Shown here one piece after another: positions 26,383 to 36,327 of a stretch of DNA of 64,000 bases. Position numbers and translations under genes: made by a program. The stretch is from Pseudomonadota bacterium. GTDB lineage: Bacteria > Pseudomonadota > Gammaproteobacteria > Acidiferrobacterales > Acidiferrobacteraceae. A model generated the notes under the pieces. It was not told the DNA's origin, searched no databases, and saw only the letters and a list, made by a program, of their open reading frames with translations. The number at the start of each line of letters is the position of its first letter. Positions within the stretch are counted from its first letter, which is position 1. The stretch lies in NCBI GenBank assembly GCA_021784755.1, contig JAJYHM010000006.1:33449-97448 (forward strand), read 5' to 3'.

Positions 26383-26399
26383 TGCAGGAAACGTGCCGG
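26383..26399 (-). promoter_or_regulatory. sigma54 promoter for mshA
   Basis: CCGGCACGTTTCCTGCA, GG-N10-GC, about 100 nt upstream of the pilin start. Confidence 0.7.
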
Positions 26400-26594
26400 A
26401 ACGATTTCTCGCGTTCTTCTGATACGATCCGACGCTCATCCCCTGTGATAACGCTTGCCAGAAACCGGGATCACCCTGGGACAAGGTACACTTGATCAGA
26501 GGCCCCGCCCTCAAGTCCCGTCCGCGCCCCGGCTTAACGGGCTCGGCGAAGGCGAGGTTATCATGAACCCAGTCTATAGTGATAGCGAGCACTT

Positions 26595-27077
26595 ATGTCA
26601 AACACCGCTCCTGCCTTGCATGTGGTCCTCTTCGAACCCGAAATCCCGCCGAATACCGGCAATGTCATCAGGCTCTGCGCCAATGCCGGGGCGCGCCTCC
26701 ATCTCATCGAGCCTCTCGGGTTTACCCTTGAAGACCGGCTGCTGCGCCGCGCGGGGCTCGATTATCACGAGTGGGTGACGCTCCGCGTCCATCCAAACAT
26801 GCCGGCCTTTTTGAGAGATGCCGCTCCACGGCGTATCTGGGCCTTCTCGACCCGCGCGCAGCGCCTCTACACCGACGCCCGCTACGAATCCGGGGATGCC
26901 TTGCTGTTCGGGCCCGAAACCCGGGGCCTGCCCGAGGAGCTCCTGATGTCACTGCCGGCCGAGCAGCGGCTCAGGCTGCCGATGCGGCCCGGCAACCGCA
27001 GCTTGAATCTCTCCAACAGCGTGGCGGTGGCGGTTTTTGAGGCCTGGCGGCAGCACGGCTTCGCGGGCGGCGACTAA
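26595..27077 (+). CDS. trmL: tRNA (cytidine/uridine-34-2'-O)-methyltransferase
   Basis: VLFEPEIPPNTGN, RRAGLDY, FGPETRGL, RSLNLSN. Confidence 0.95.
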   Translation: MSNTAPALHVVLFEPEIPPNTGNVIRLCANAGARLHLIEPLGFTLEDRLLRRAGLDYHEWVTLRVHPNMPAFLRDAAPRRIWAFSTRAQRLYTDARYESGDALLFGPETRGLPEELLMSLPAEQRLRLPMRPGNRSLNLSNSVAVAVFEAWRQHGFAGGD

Positions 27078-27147
27078 AGGACTGGAAAGCCGCGGCTCCC
27101 GACCCCACATAAGTGCGTATAAGGTTGATCCAGCAGGAGGATGCGTG

Positions 27148-27576
27148 ATGATCAAGCAGCTCGTGTGCCCGCACTGTGGCCAAAAGAACCGGGTTCCCGC
27201 AGAACGCCTGGCCCAGAACCCGCAGTGCGGGGCCTGCCATAAGCCGCTCGTCATGGCCGAGCCCATCAATGCGGACGAACAGTCGTTCGCGCGCTTGGTC
27301 TCGGGCGACGACCTCCCGATCCTGGTCGATTTCTGGGCCCCCTGGTGCGGCCCGTGCCGCATGATGGCCCCGGTGTTCGCCCAGGTGGCCACCGACCTCA
27401 AACTGAAGGCGCGCTTTGTGAAGGTCAATACCGAGGAACACCAGGCGCTGGCGGGCCGCTACGACGTACGCAGCATCCCTACGCTCGCGGTCTTCAAGGG
27501 CGGCCGCGAGGTGGCCCGTACGGCCGGGGCCATGGACGCCAGTCGCCTCAAGGGTTGGATCGCTCCCCATCTCTAG
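27148..27576 (+). CDS. trxC: Thioredoxin 2
   Basis: N-terminal CPHC..CGAC zinc finger, WAPWCGPC; AGGAGG RBS. Confidence 0.93.
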   Translation: MIKQLVCPHCGQKNRVPAERLAQNPQCGACHKPLVMAEPINADEQSFARLVSGDDLPILVDFWAPWCGPCRMMAPVFAQVATDLKLKARFVKVNTEEHQALAGRYDVRSIPTLAVFKGGREVARTAGAMDASRLKGWIAPHL

Positions 27577-27727
27577 AGGACCGGGCGTGCGCGGGCTTGT
27601 GATGGGACGACCCCAGGCTTGCACTTTGGCTTGGGCGGTCATTGTGGCGCGCAAGGGATGCCGGCATGAGGGCGAACGCGGGGCCGCTCAGAAAGATGAG
27701 ACCGAGGGCAAAATAGGCAATACGCAT
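27548..27727 (-). CDS. Small putative secreted protein (59 aa)
   Basis: GAGGAG RBS, signal-peptide-like MRIAYFALGLIFLSGPAFA; its 3' end overlaps trxC convergently. Confidence 0.4.
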   Translation of the reverse strand: MRIAYFALGLIFLSGPAFALMPASLARHNDRPSQSASLGSSHHKPAHARSSRDGERSNP

Positions 27728-27818
27728 GGACACTCCTCTGCGGCCACGACGGCCGCCGATCCTGCCAGTCTAGACGAACCCGGCGGCCCGTGCCGAGCAA
27801 GACTTGGTTACGCTGTCC

Positions 27819-28802
27819 TTAAGGGGCCGGCCGGGCCTCTTCGGGGTCCAGGGCCACCAGGGTGCGGCCGGTCCGCTCCCCCGCGAGCATCTCGGTGATC
27901 GCCGCCCCCAGACCCTGACGGTCTATGACCTGCGCGATCCCCGCGAGATCGGTAAGTTTCCAGGTTGTTGCCAGGCGCGCCCAGAGGGTCTCGCGGACCG
28001 AGCGCGGACACTGCACGGAATCGATGCCGAGGAGCTTCACGCCGCGCAGGATGAACGGAAACACCGAGCCCTCGAAACGCGACCCGGCCGCCATGCCGCA
28101 GGTCGCCACCGCCCCACCATAGCCGATCTCCTTCAAGACGCCGGCCAGGACCGCGCCGCCGACGGTATCGATCGCCCCCGCGAAACGGGCCTTGGAGAGC
28201 GCTTTACCGCTGGTCGTTTGATCGTCGGGGGCCGGCGCCACGATAGTCGCCGCGCCGAGCGCCCGCAGATAGGCCTCTTGCGCCGGTTTGCGGGTCTGAG
28301 CCGCGACGGTGAACCCGAGGCGCGCGAGCAACATGACCGCAAGGCTGCCGACCCCGCCCGTGGCGCCTGTGACCAGGATCTCGCCACGCGCGGGATCGAC
28401 GCCGGCCTGCAAGAGGGCGTCGACACTCAAGGCCGCCGTGAGCCCGGCGGTGCCGAGGATCATCGCCTCGCGCATCGTGAGGCCCGCCGGTATAGGGTGG
28501 ACCCACTCGGGAGGAACCCGGACATAATCGCCATAACCGCCCCATATCTCGGTACCGAGACCATAGCCCGTCACGAGCACGGGCGGCGATTCGCGATCAT
28601 CGACCAGCAGCCCGGCGGCGTCGATGCCGGGCACGTGCGGGAAGCGTTTGACTATGCCCGCCGCCCCACGCGCCGCAAGCGCATCCTTATAATTGAGACT
28701 GGAAAAGGCAACACGGATCAGAACGCCCGATGCGCCGAGTTCGCGCAGGGGACAGCGCTTGAGGCCGGCCTCAAGCGCCCCATCCGCGCCCCGGTCGATC
28801 AC
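27819..28802 (-). CDS. YhdH/AcuI-family MDR oxidoreductase
   Basis: SSLNYKD, VPGID.AG, GTAGLTAAL, VTGATGGVGS, PFILRGV.LLGIDSV. Confidence 0.9.
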   Translation of the reverse strand: MIDRGADGALEAGLKRCPLRELGASGVLIRVAFSSLNYKDALAARGAAGIVKRFPHVPGIDAAGLLVDDRESPPVLVTGYGLGTEIWGGYGDYVRVPPEWVHPIPAGLTMREAMILGTAGLTAALSVDALLQAGVDPARGEILVTGATGGVGSLAVMLLARLGFTVAAQTRKPAQEAYLRALGAATIVAPAPDDQTTSGKALSKARFAGAIDTVGGAVLAGVLKEIGYGGAVATCGMAAGSRFEGSVFPFILRGVKLLGIDSVQCPRSVRETLWARLATTWKLTDLAGIAQVIDRQGLGAAITEMLAGERTGRTLVALDPEEARPAP

Positions 28803-28864
28803 ATAGGCGTCAAAGGTCTCGTTCAGTGGGGTCTCGTTCAGGAGGCTCTCCCGGCCATCGCGCC

Positions 28865-29521
28865 TTACGGCAGGCGGCGTACACCCTGGGGGGTTCCGAG
28901 CAAGAGGATATCGGCGCCGCGGCGCGCGAAGAGGCCGTTGGTCACGACCCCTGTGATGTTGTTCAAGCGTTCCTCGAGCGCCACGGGATCAAGGATCTTG
29001 AGTCCGTGGACGTCCAGGATGATATTGCCGTTGTCGGTCTGAAAGCCCTGGCGCAAGACGGGCTCGCCCCCTAAAGCGACAATCTCGCGCGCCACGAAGC
29101 CGCGCGCCATCGGTATCACCTCGATGGGCAACGGAAAGCGGCCTAGGACATCGACCAATTTGCCCTCATCGGCAATACACACGAACGAGCGGCTGGCCGC
29201 CGCCACGATCTTCTCGCGCGTGAGCGCCCCGCCTCCCCCTTTGATCAGGGCGCGATGCGGGGTCGCCTCATCGGCGCCGTCGACATAAAGGGCGAGCGCT
29301 CCGACCTCGTTCAGGTCCATGACCGGGATACCGTGCCGCTTCAGGCGCTCGGCGGTGGCCACGGAACTCGCCACGGCGCCGTCCAGACGGCCCTTCACGG
29401 TCGCCAGGCAGTCGATGAAGTGGTTGGCGGTGCTGCCGGTCCCCACGCCGATCACGCCCCCGCGGGGCACGAATTCGAGGGCGGCCTCGGCCGCCGCCTT
29501 CTTCATGTCGTCTTGTGTCAT
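28865..29521 (-). CDS. rpiA: Ribose-5-phosphate isomerase A
   Basis: [28 protein letters not shown]. Confidence 0.97.
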   Translation of the reverse strand: MTQDDMKKAAAEAALEFVPRGGVIGVGTGSTANHFIDCLATVKGRLDGAVASSVATAERLKRHGIPVMDLNEVGALALYVDGADEATPHRALIKGGGGALTREKIVAAASRSFVCIADEGKLVDVLGRFPLPIEVIPMARGFVAREIVALGGEPVLRQGFQTDNGNIILDVHGLKILDPVALEERLNNITGVVTNGLFARRGADILLLGTPQGVRRLP

Positions 29522-29709
29522 AATGCGAGGATACCCGGGCGTCGGCGCGAAAGAAAGATCAGCCTGGCGGCCCTATCCGACCAACGGCCCTCTTCGCGGC
29601 GACAGGACGCAGGGCGGACCCGAAACCCCGGGCGGGCGCATCCGGTCAAAGACACTGTTCACCCTCACCCAAACCGGCTGAAATTCGACAGAGTTTTCGG
29701 AGCCCACGG

Positions 29710-30309
29710 ATGGATAATCATAGTCACACCGTTAGTTTGCGCTACAATTTATTATCAAAACGAACTGTCCCGCCGCCAGAACGGGGCCGCGAACCCGACC
29801 CAAACCCGCGCCCTGGGGGACACCGGCCCGCCCAGGGGCTGAGCCTCATTCTGCTGCTCGCCTGGCTCAGCGGCCCTGGGGTGGCGCAAGCGGCGCTAGT
29901 GCTCGGAGGCGGCCTGGGCATCGCCAACGAGCCCGGGAAGAAGTTCGGCGTAGCCGGCATGACCTATTACGCGGGATCCGTCTGGGAAGCGGGCTACCTG
30001 AACGAGGGTGTCAATCACGGGACCGACGGGGTCTTCGCCGAATACCGACTGACGCGCAGCGTGACCAAACGCCTGCTCGTGACCTTGGCCCTGGGACCCG
30101 AGGTCCTGAACACGACCCACGACATCCGCCCCGGCGTCAGGACCAACGGCTACCACGCCTCGCTCCTCGTGTCGCTGTCCGCATTCGAGCGGCTTTCCCG
30201 GCGATGGCGGGTCGGCATTCGGTGGAACCATATTACCTTCCAGCAATCCGCCAAATTCGGCTATCGCGATGCCGACATGGTGCTCGTGACCCTGGGGTAT
30301 GGGCGTTAG
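29710..30309 (+). CDS. Putative small outer-membrane beta-barrel protein
   Basis: Internal signal-like LSLILLLAWL..AQA, YLNEG motif, amphipathic strands, terminal LGYGR; start uncertain. Confidence 0.55.
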   Translation: MDNHSHTVSLRYNLLSKRTVPPPERGREPDPNPRPGGHRPAQGLSLILLLAWLSGPGVAQAALVLGGGLGIANEPGKKFGVAGMTYYAGSVWEAGYLNEGVNHGTDGVFAEYRLTRSVTKRLLVTLALGPEVLNTTHDIRPGVRTNGYHASLLVSLSAFERLSRRWRVGIRWNHITFQQSAKFGYRDADMVLVTLGYGR

Positions 30310-30328
30310 CCTGAAATCCGCGCCATCC

Positions 30329-32353
30329 TTACGAATTCGCCCGCCGCCAGGCGTCGAAGGCCTCCGGCTCAAGGGGGCGCGCGAGATGATAACCCTGCGC
30401 ATAATCACAGCCGAGACTCGCGAGCGCCGCCATCGACTCCGCGGTCTCGACACCTTCCCCCACGACCCGGAGGCCGAGGGAATGGCCGAGATCGATAATG
30501 GAGCGCACAATGACGCTGTCATTGCGACTGACGCCCATATCCATCACGAAGGACTTGTCGATCTTGATCTGGGCGACCGCGAGTTTGCGGAGATAGGCCA
30601 TCGACGAGTAGCCTGTCCCGAAATCGTCGATGGAGACGCAAACCCCGAGATCGCTCAGGGCCCGTATAGCCGCCTGCGCCCGCTCGGGATCGCGCATCAA
30701 TGCGGTCTCCGTGACCTCGATCTCGATCAAATCGGACGAGACACCAGACTCCTTCAGGATATGTTCCACCCGACCCACGAATTCCTCGTCATCGAGATTG
30801 ACCGCCGACACATTCACCGCGATCGTAAGCGGCCACCCCTGGTCGACCCATGCGCGCACCTGGGTGACGGCAAGGCGCAGGACGCAGAGCGTCAAGGGTC
30901 CTATGAGACGGGTGCGCTCAGCCAAGGGGATGAAACGCGCGGGGGCGAGGAGGCCCTCTGTCGGATGATTCCAGCGGACCAAGGCCTCAGCCCCCGAAAT
31001 CTTGCCGGTCATAAGATCGATCTTGGGCTGATAGTACAAGACCAGCTCGCCGTGTTCGATCGCGTGCTCCAGGTCGGCCTGCAACCGCAGGCGGTCATCT
31101 CCCTCTTCTTCCATACGCGGCGCGAAGAGCAGAAAACCTTGCCGTGCACGCTTGGCCTCGTACATCGCGCGATCGGCGCGCCGCAAAAGGTCACCCACCT
31201 CGTCCCCATGCACCGGGAAAAGCGCCGCGCCGCAGCTTGCCGCAACGCGCACGCTCGCATCATTGAGCCAGATCGGCTCCGCCAGGGCCCGCAAGAGCTT
31301 GCGGGCGACGGTTTCCGCAGCCTCCTTGGTCGCCACCGTCGGCAACAGGACCGCGAATTCGTCCCCGCCGAGACGCACGGCGGTGTCGGACTGACGCAAC
31401 TCACGCAGAAGGCGCGTCGCCGTCTCCTGCAGGAGGCTATCGCCCGCCTGGTGCCCCAGGCTGTCGTTCACATCCTTGAAGCCGTCGAGATCGATGACCA
31501 AGAGCGCGAATGGCGCGGGCTCCCGGCTTGCGCTGCGTATCGCCTGCAGCAGGCGGTCTTGCAGGAGGATGCGGTTGGGCAGTCCGGTCAAAGGATCGTG
31601 CATGGCCATGTATTCGAGTTCGCGATTGGCGACTGCGAGGGCCTCGGTCCGTTCATGGACGCGCTCCTCAAGGCGCTCGTTCAAGGTCAGGACCTCCGCG
31701 TGTCGGCGCGCGGCCTCGGCCTGCAAGGCCGCAAGCTGCGTCGACATGGCGTTGAACCCCTCGATCATGCGCGCCAACTCATCGTGCCCGTCCACGGGGA
31801 GATGGAAGCCAAATTCGCCTTGCGCGATACGTGCGGTACCGGCCTCGACGGCGGCGATATGGCGTATGAGATAACGCCCAAAAAACCAGGATGCGAGCCC
31901 GACCAGCAGCATCTCGGCCAAGGCGATGGCGATGATGCGGCGGCGCGCCTGCGCAAGCACCCGCCCAAACCCCCCCTGCATGAGTCCCACCTCGACCGTG
32001 CCGTAAGAGACGCCGCCGACCTTGACGTTGACTCGCGCCTGCAAGGCCCCCGGCCGCCCCGGATCGCGCCCCACGTGGGCTAGGCGCCGCCCGCTCCCGT
32101 CCCAGGCCGCGGCATAGAACACCCCGCGATTACGCGCCACCGCGCGCACGATGCGTTGTAAAGCGCCCATGTCCTCGCTCACGAGGGCATTGGCGGCGGC
32201 GGTCGCGAACAATTGGGCATCGCCCGCCGCACGGACCCGCAAAGCTTGATCGCGCGATTGCGACAAGACTTCGAGGCTGCTCATGAGGATTGCGAACAGG
32301 AACAAGGCCTCGATGAGCGCAATGCCGATGACCATCTTCGTACGAAAGGACAT
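30329..32353 (-). CDS. Membrane HAMP-GGDEF-EAL diguanylate cyclase/phosphodiesterase
   Basis: Two TMs, HAMP (DELA...FN.M), HDPLTGLPNR, RQSD I-site, GGDEF, EALVRW, DDFGTGYSS. Confidence 0.93.
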   Translation of the reverse strand: MSFRTKMVIGIALIEALFLFAILMSSLEVLSQSRDQALRVRAAGDAQLFATAAANALVSEDMGALQRIVRAVARNRGVFYAAAWDGSGRRLAHVGRDPGRPGALQARVNVKVGGVSYGTVEVGLMQGGFGRVLAQARRRIIAIALAEMLLVGLASWFFGRYLIRHIAAVEAGTARIAQGEFGFHLPVDGHDELARMIEGFNAMSTQLAALQAEAARRHAEVLTLNERLEERVHERTEALAVANRELEYMAMHDPLTGLPNRILLQDRLLQAIRSASREPAPFALLVIDLDGFKDVNDSLGHQAGDSLLQETATRLLRELRQSDTAVRLGGDEFAVLLPTVATKEAAETVARKLLRALAEPIWLNDASVRVAASCGAALFPVHGDEVGDLLRRADRAMYEAKRARQGFLLFAPRMEEEGDDRLRLQADLEHAIEHGELVLYYQPKIDLMTGKISGAEALVRWNHPTEGLLAPARFIPLAERTRLIGPLTLCVLRLAVTQVRAWVDQGWPLTIAVNVSAVNLDDEEFVGRVEHILKESGVSSDLIEIEVTETALMRDPERAQAAIRALSDLGVCVSIDDFGTGYSSMAYLRKLAVAQIKIDKSFVMDMGVSRNDSVIVRSIIDLGHSLGLRVVGEGVETAESMAALASLGCDYAQGYHLARPLEPEAFDAWRRANS

Positions 32354-32372
32354 GCGTTCCTCGATACCCAGA

Positions 32373-33179
32373 TCAGCGCACCACAGCGCCTGGGCGCGTG
32401 TAGTCCCGGTCGCGGGTCATGCGGAAACCCGTGAATCCGAGGCGCTTGACGGCCCCAGGGACCAACGCGGGCAGGCGCAGGAGCGCTGCCGCCAGGCGTC
32501 GCACGAGTGCTGCGGGCAAGGTGCGGCGCGCGGCAAAAGGATGCGGCAGGCTCTTGGGTCCGGCCCACACGATAGTCAGCCGCTTGCGCACGGGAGCGGC
32601 GAGCACATCGTAGCTTTGGCGCACCCCGCCGCCGGCCGCGAAGAGGCCCGCGGCAACCCCCCTATAGACGGCATTGTGCGACCCCGCGTAATGGGCACGG
32701 AAGGGGATGCCGAGGGCATGCAGGGCGCGGCGCGGTTCGATCGAGGCGGCCAAAGCATGGCGCGCCGGGAAGGCAATCACGCTGTGGGCAAGATCAGCAA
32801 GCCGCCGCAGGGGGCCGCCGCGGCGTACGACCAAAATACCCTGCAGGCGGCCCGCTCCGCGGGCAAACGCCCGGTAGCGTCCCCGGTAACGGAGATAGTC
32901 GGCGGGATTCAGATACACGAGATCATACGCACCGCGCGCGATGCGGCGCTCGAAGCGGCTGATCGTGGGTGCGGTACGCAAGGTGAGGCGGACACCGGCG
33001 GCCCTCGACCAAGCCTGAACGATCGGGGTCCAACGCTCGACGGTCACCCACGGCGACGCCTGGGGCACGACGCCGATCGTAAGCACAGGCGACGCGACCC
33101 GGGCGCAAGCCACGCCCACCCATGTGCCTAGCGCGATGGCGGCCCCGATGACTGGAATGACTCGCTTAAGAATCGCCAT
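32373..33179 (-). CDS. PhnD/phosphonate-type periplasmic binding protein
   Basis: Signal peptide, LTIGVVPQ, YLNP.DY, IAFP...ALAAS, GSH.AVY..V..G..AAGGGV, P.HPFA. Confidence 0.85.
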   Translation of the reverse strand: MAILKRVIPVIGAAIALGTWVGVACARVASPVLTIGVVPQASPWVTVERWTPIVQAWSRAAGVRLTLRTAPTISRFERRIARGAYDLVYLNPADYLRYRGRYRAFARGAGRLQGILVVRRGGPLRRLADLAHSVIAFPARHALAASIEPRRALHALGIPFRAHYAGSHNAVYRGVAAGLFAAGGGVRQSYDVLAAPVRKRLTIVWAGPKSLPHPFAARRTLPAALVRRLAAALLRLPALVPGAVKRLGFTGFRMTRDRDYTRPGAVVR

Positions 33180-33329
33180 AAATCAATACCCCTCCGCCAA
33201 CTATAGACGATAGGCTCCGGTCCGCTACCGGCGCACGAACCGGTCTCGCCGGGGAACCCATGGCGGAGGCGAACGGTTCCGGTGGTCCTACGGGGTAGGC
33301 TCTGCTATGCTCGCGCGAAGACCGCATCG

Positions 33330-34835
33330 ATGACACGCGACTACTTAAAACGCATCCTCAAAGCCCGCGTCTATGACGTGGCCGTCGAAAGCCCGCTCTC
33401 GACGGCCGGCATGTTGTCGCGCCGGCTCGGCCGGCCCGTGCTCTTAAAGCGCGAGGACATGCAGCCCGTTTTCTCCTTCAAGCTGCGCGGGGCCTATAAC
33501 AAGATCGCCCACCTGAGCGCCGAAGAGCGAGCCCGAGGGGTGTTGACCGCTTCGGCCGGCAATCACGCTCAAGGCGTGGCGCTTGCCGCACGGCGGCTCG
33601 GCATACGCGCGGTCATCGTCATGCCAACTATGGCGCCGCGCATCAAGGTCGAGGCGGTGCGCGCCTTTGGGGCCGAGGTCGTGCTGCAAGGGGACAACTA
33701 CGATGCCGCCTACGCCCATGCCCGGAGCCTGAGTGAGACGCAAGGGCTGCCCTTTATTCATCCCTACGATGATCCTGATGTCATCGCCGGCCAAGGGACC
33801 ATCGGTATGGAGATCCTGAAACAACATCCCGCGGACATCGAGGCCATCTTCGTGCCGGTAGGCGGCGGCGGGTTGATCGCAGGCATCGCCCTCTATGTGA
33901 AGTCCCTGCGCCCGGACATCCGGATCATAGGCGTCGAGCCGGCCGATGCCGATGCGCTGGCGCGTTCGCTACGGGAGGGCAGCCGCGTCGTCCTCGACCG
34001 CGTGGGGACCTTCGCCGATGGCGTCGCGGTCCGCCAGGTGGGGCGCGAGCCGTTTCGCATCGCGCGCCGTCTGGTCGACGAAGTGCTCGTAGTCGGCAAC
34101 GACGCAATCTGCGCTGCCATCAAAGACGTGTTCGAAGACACGCGGTCGATCGTGGAGCCATCGGGGGCGCTCGCGGTGGCGGGCCTCAAGGCCTATGCGG
34201 CCGCCCACCCGGGAGACCGGACGCTCATCGGTATCGCCTCGGGCGCCAACATGAACTTCGACCGGCTGAGGCATGTGGCCGAACGCGCCGAGATCGGCGA
34301 GAGGCGTGAGGTCGTGTTCGCGGCGACCATCCCCGAGGTGCCGGGGAGCTTCAGAAAATTCTGCGGACTCATAGGTCAGCGCAATATCAGCGAGTTCAAT
34401 TACCGGTATTCGGGACCCGCCGAAGCCCATGTCTTCGTGGGGATACAGGTAGCGGAGGGCGAGGATGCCGGCGGACTCTTTGCAAACCTCGCCGAGGCGG
34501 GCTACAAGGTGCTGGATCTGACCGACAACGAGATGGCCAAGCTGCACGTGCGCCATCTGGTCGGAGGTCGCTGTCCGGTGGACGACGAACTCATCTATCG
34601 GTTCGAGTTTCCGGATCGGCCGGGGGCCCTGATGGGCTTCCTGAACGCCATGGGGAAGGCCTGGAACATCAGCCTCTTCCATTATCGCAACCACGGCGCC
34701 GACTACGGGCGAGTCCTGATCGGCATGCAGGTCCCGCCCGCCGAGAGAAAGAAGTTGCCGGCGTTCCTCGAGACCCTCGGCATGGACTACCAAGACGAGA
34801 CCGACAACGCGGCCTATCGCTTGTTTCTTCGTTAG
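33330..34835 (+). CDS. ilvA: Threonine ammonia-lyase, biosynthetic
   Basis: KREDMQPVFSFKLRGAYN, ASAGNHAQG, C-terminal ACT domains (FHYRNHG). Confidence 0.97.
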   Translation: MTRDYLKRILKARVYDVAVESPLSTAGMLSRRLGRPVLLKREDMQPVFSFKLRGAYNKIAHLSAEERARGVLTASAGNHAQGVALAARRLGIRAVIVMPTMAPRIKVEAVRAFGAEVVLQGDNYDAAYAHARSLSETQGLPFIHPYDDPDVIAGQGTIGMEILKQHPADIEAIFVPVGGGGLIAGIALYVKSLRPDIRIIGVEPADADALARSLREGSRVVLDRVGTFADGVAVRQVGREPFRIARRLVDEVLVVGNDAICAAIKDVFEDTRSIVEPSGALAVAGLKAYAAAHPGDRTLIGIASGANMNFDRLRHVAERAEIGERREVVFAATIPEVPGSFRKFCGLIGQRNISEFNYRYSGPAEAHVFVGIQVAEGEDAGGLFANLAEAGYKVLDLTDNEMAKLHVRHLVGGRCPVDDELIYRFEFPDRPGALMGFLNAMGKAWNISLFHYRNHGADYGRVLIGMQVPPAERKKLPAFLETLGMDYQDETDNAAYRLFLR

Positions 34836-34854
34836 ACGGCCGCCGTCCCGAGCG

Positions 34855-35187
34855 TTACGACCCGCGGGCCGCCAAGGCCTCATCGTTGAAGGCGCCGTCG
34901 ATGGCGTGCACCGTGCGCTCCATGCGCTTAAGATCGCGACCGGAGACATCCTCGCGCATCGCCTTCAGGCGCAAGGGCCCAAGCGCCGTGGTCGCCTGCG
35001 CGCGCGTGATGGCGGCATCCGCCGTGGGCCCGGCGGCGTTCTGAACTATCGCCGCCACGATCTGGCCTGCCAGGGGATCCCTGTGGGAGCCGGCCAACGC
35101 CTTCTTGATGGTCTCATCGCAATCCCCGTCGAACGCGGGATAGCCCGACTCGCGATCCAGGTAACTCAGCAATTCACATAGAGTCAT
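34855..35187 (-). CDS. Hypothetical protein
   Basis: GGAGG RBS; last gene of a co-directional run; no recognisable motif. Confidence 0.6.
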   Translation of the reverse strand: MTLCELLSYLDRESGYPAFDGDCDETIKKALAGSHRDPLAGQIVAAIVQNAAGPTADAAITRAQATTALGPLRLKAMREDVSGRDLKRMERTVHAIDGAFNDEALAARGS

Positions 35188-35200
35188 GACCCCTCCGCCA

Positions 35201-35869
35201 TCAGTGTCCGATCAAGCCGTCACGCAGATCGACCCCGCAGACGCCCTGAACGCGCTCGAAATAATACATGATATCGATCGGCAGGGTGATGCCGTCGAGA
35301 AGTTGTAGCGCGAAAAGGTCGGCGGTAAGCACGATATCCGCCGCCGAGAACGTCTGCGCGTAGAAGCGATGCTGGGCGAGAAACGCGCCCAAATCCTTGA
35401 ACTGGGTCAAGGCGTCGAGCTGTGCGTAGGTCCCATAACGGTCATTGGCCAACTCCTCCAGGGTCGCACCAAAGCGTGCTGCGGTGGAGGCCTTGTACGA
35501 GGCGAGATGAGCGGCGACGTCGCCCAGACCGCGATAGGCCGGACGCACCGGCGCATAGAGCCTTTCCAAGAGGCTGGCGGCCTTCTCGCGCCACGCCTGC
35601 AAGGCGCACCACTGCTCCTCCTTCAGGGAAGAAAAGAGCGGCACTCCCGGGCCCAGCTGGTCGATCTCGCGCAAGGCTGCCCACGAATCCGCTTGGACCC
35701 TCCCATCATCCCATTGCACGATCGGCACCTGGCGCGCGACGCCCATCTCGAAAAAGGTCTCGTCGTCGTCATAGTCCGGGACGATGAGTTCATAGTCGAT
35801 CCCGCGAGCGCCCAGAGCGAGCCGAATGCGCTCGGAGGCAGGCTCAAACCAGAAGTGGTATAGCCTCAT
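35201..35869 (-). CDS. Glutathione S-transferase-like protein
   Basis: MRLY..P.S.RIRLAL..RGI.YE, QVPIV..DG...DSW, FS.ADI. Confidence 0.8.
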   Translation of the reverse strand: MRLYHFWFEPASERIRLALGARGIDYELIVPDYDDDETFFEMGVARQVPIVQWDDGRVQADSWAALREIDQLGPGVPLFSSLKEEQWCALQAWREKAASLLERLYAPVRPAYRGLGDVAAHLASYKASTAARFGATLEELANDRYGTYAQLDALTQFKDLGAFLAQHRFYAQTFSAADIVLTADLFALQLLDGITLPIDIMYYFERVQGVCGVDLRDGLIGH

Positions 35870-36327
35870 ACAACGCCGGCAAGCCCGCGGATGATGCACC
35901 ACTCCTCTTCGGTCACAGGCAGGATCGACAGTCGGTTGCCGCGCGCGAGGAGGCGCATCCCGGACAGTGGCGGACAGTCCTTGAGGCGACTTAAGCTCAC
36001 GGGCTTAGCGTAGCGCTCGCGAAACGCGACGTCGACCATGGACCAGAGCTCCGGGCGGGCCTGGGCGCGCGGGTCGTAGTGATGATCCTGCGGATCGAGC
36101 GCGGTGGCATCGGGGTAATACGCGCGCACAACCTCGACCTCGCCCACAATGGCAGGCGTCGCGCAACTCGAGTGATAGAAGAAACCAAGATCCCCCACGC
36201 GCATGGCGCGCATGAAGTTTCGCGCCTGGTAATTGCGCACGCCGCTCCACGGCTCGGGACCACCGCGCGCCATCAGATCCTCAAGCGAAAACGAACTCGG
36301 TTCGCTTTTGAAAAGCCAATACGCCAT
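35866..36327 (-). CDS. EVE domain protein
   Basis: YWLFKSEP, W.GVRNYQARN, FFYHSSC, RLSI.PV. Confidence 0.93.
   Translation of the reverse strand: MAYWLFKSEPSSFSLEDLMARGGPEPWSGVRNYQARNFMRAMRVGDLGFFYHSSCATPAIVGEVEVVRAYYPDATALDPQDHHYDPRAQARPELWSMVDVAFRERYAKPVSLSRLKDCPPLSGMRLLARGNRLSILPVTEEEWCIIRGLAGVV

Noticed and set aside
30299-32083. 594-aa plus-strand ORF
   Set aside because: Antisense shadow of the GGDEF-EAL gene. The same applies to 12271..13695, 11819..12934, 22642..23619, 27804..29042, 47716..48435 and 62832..63821.
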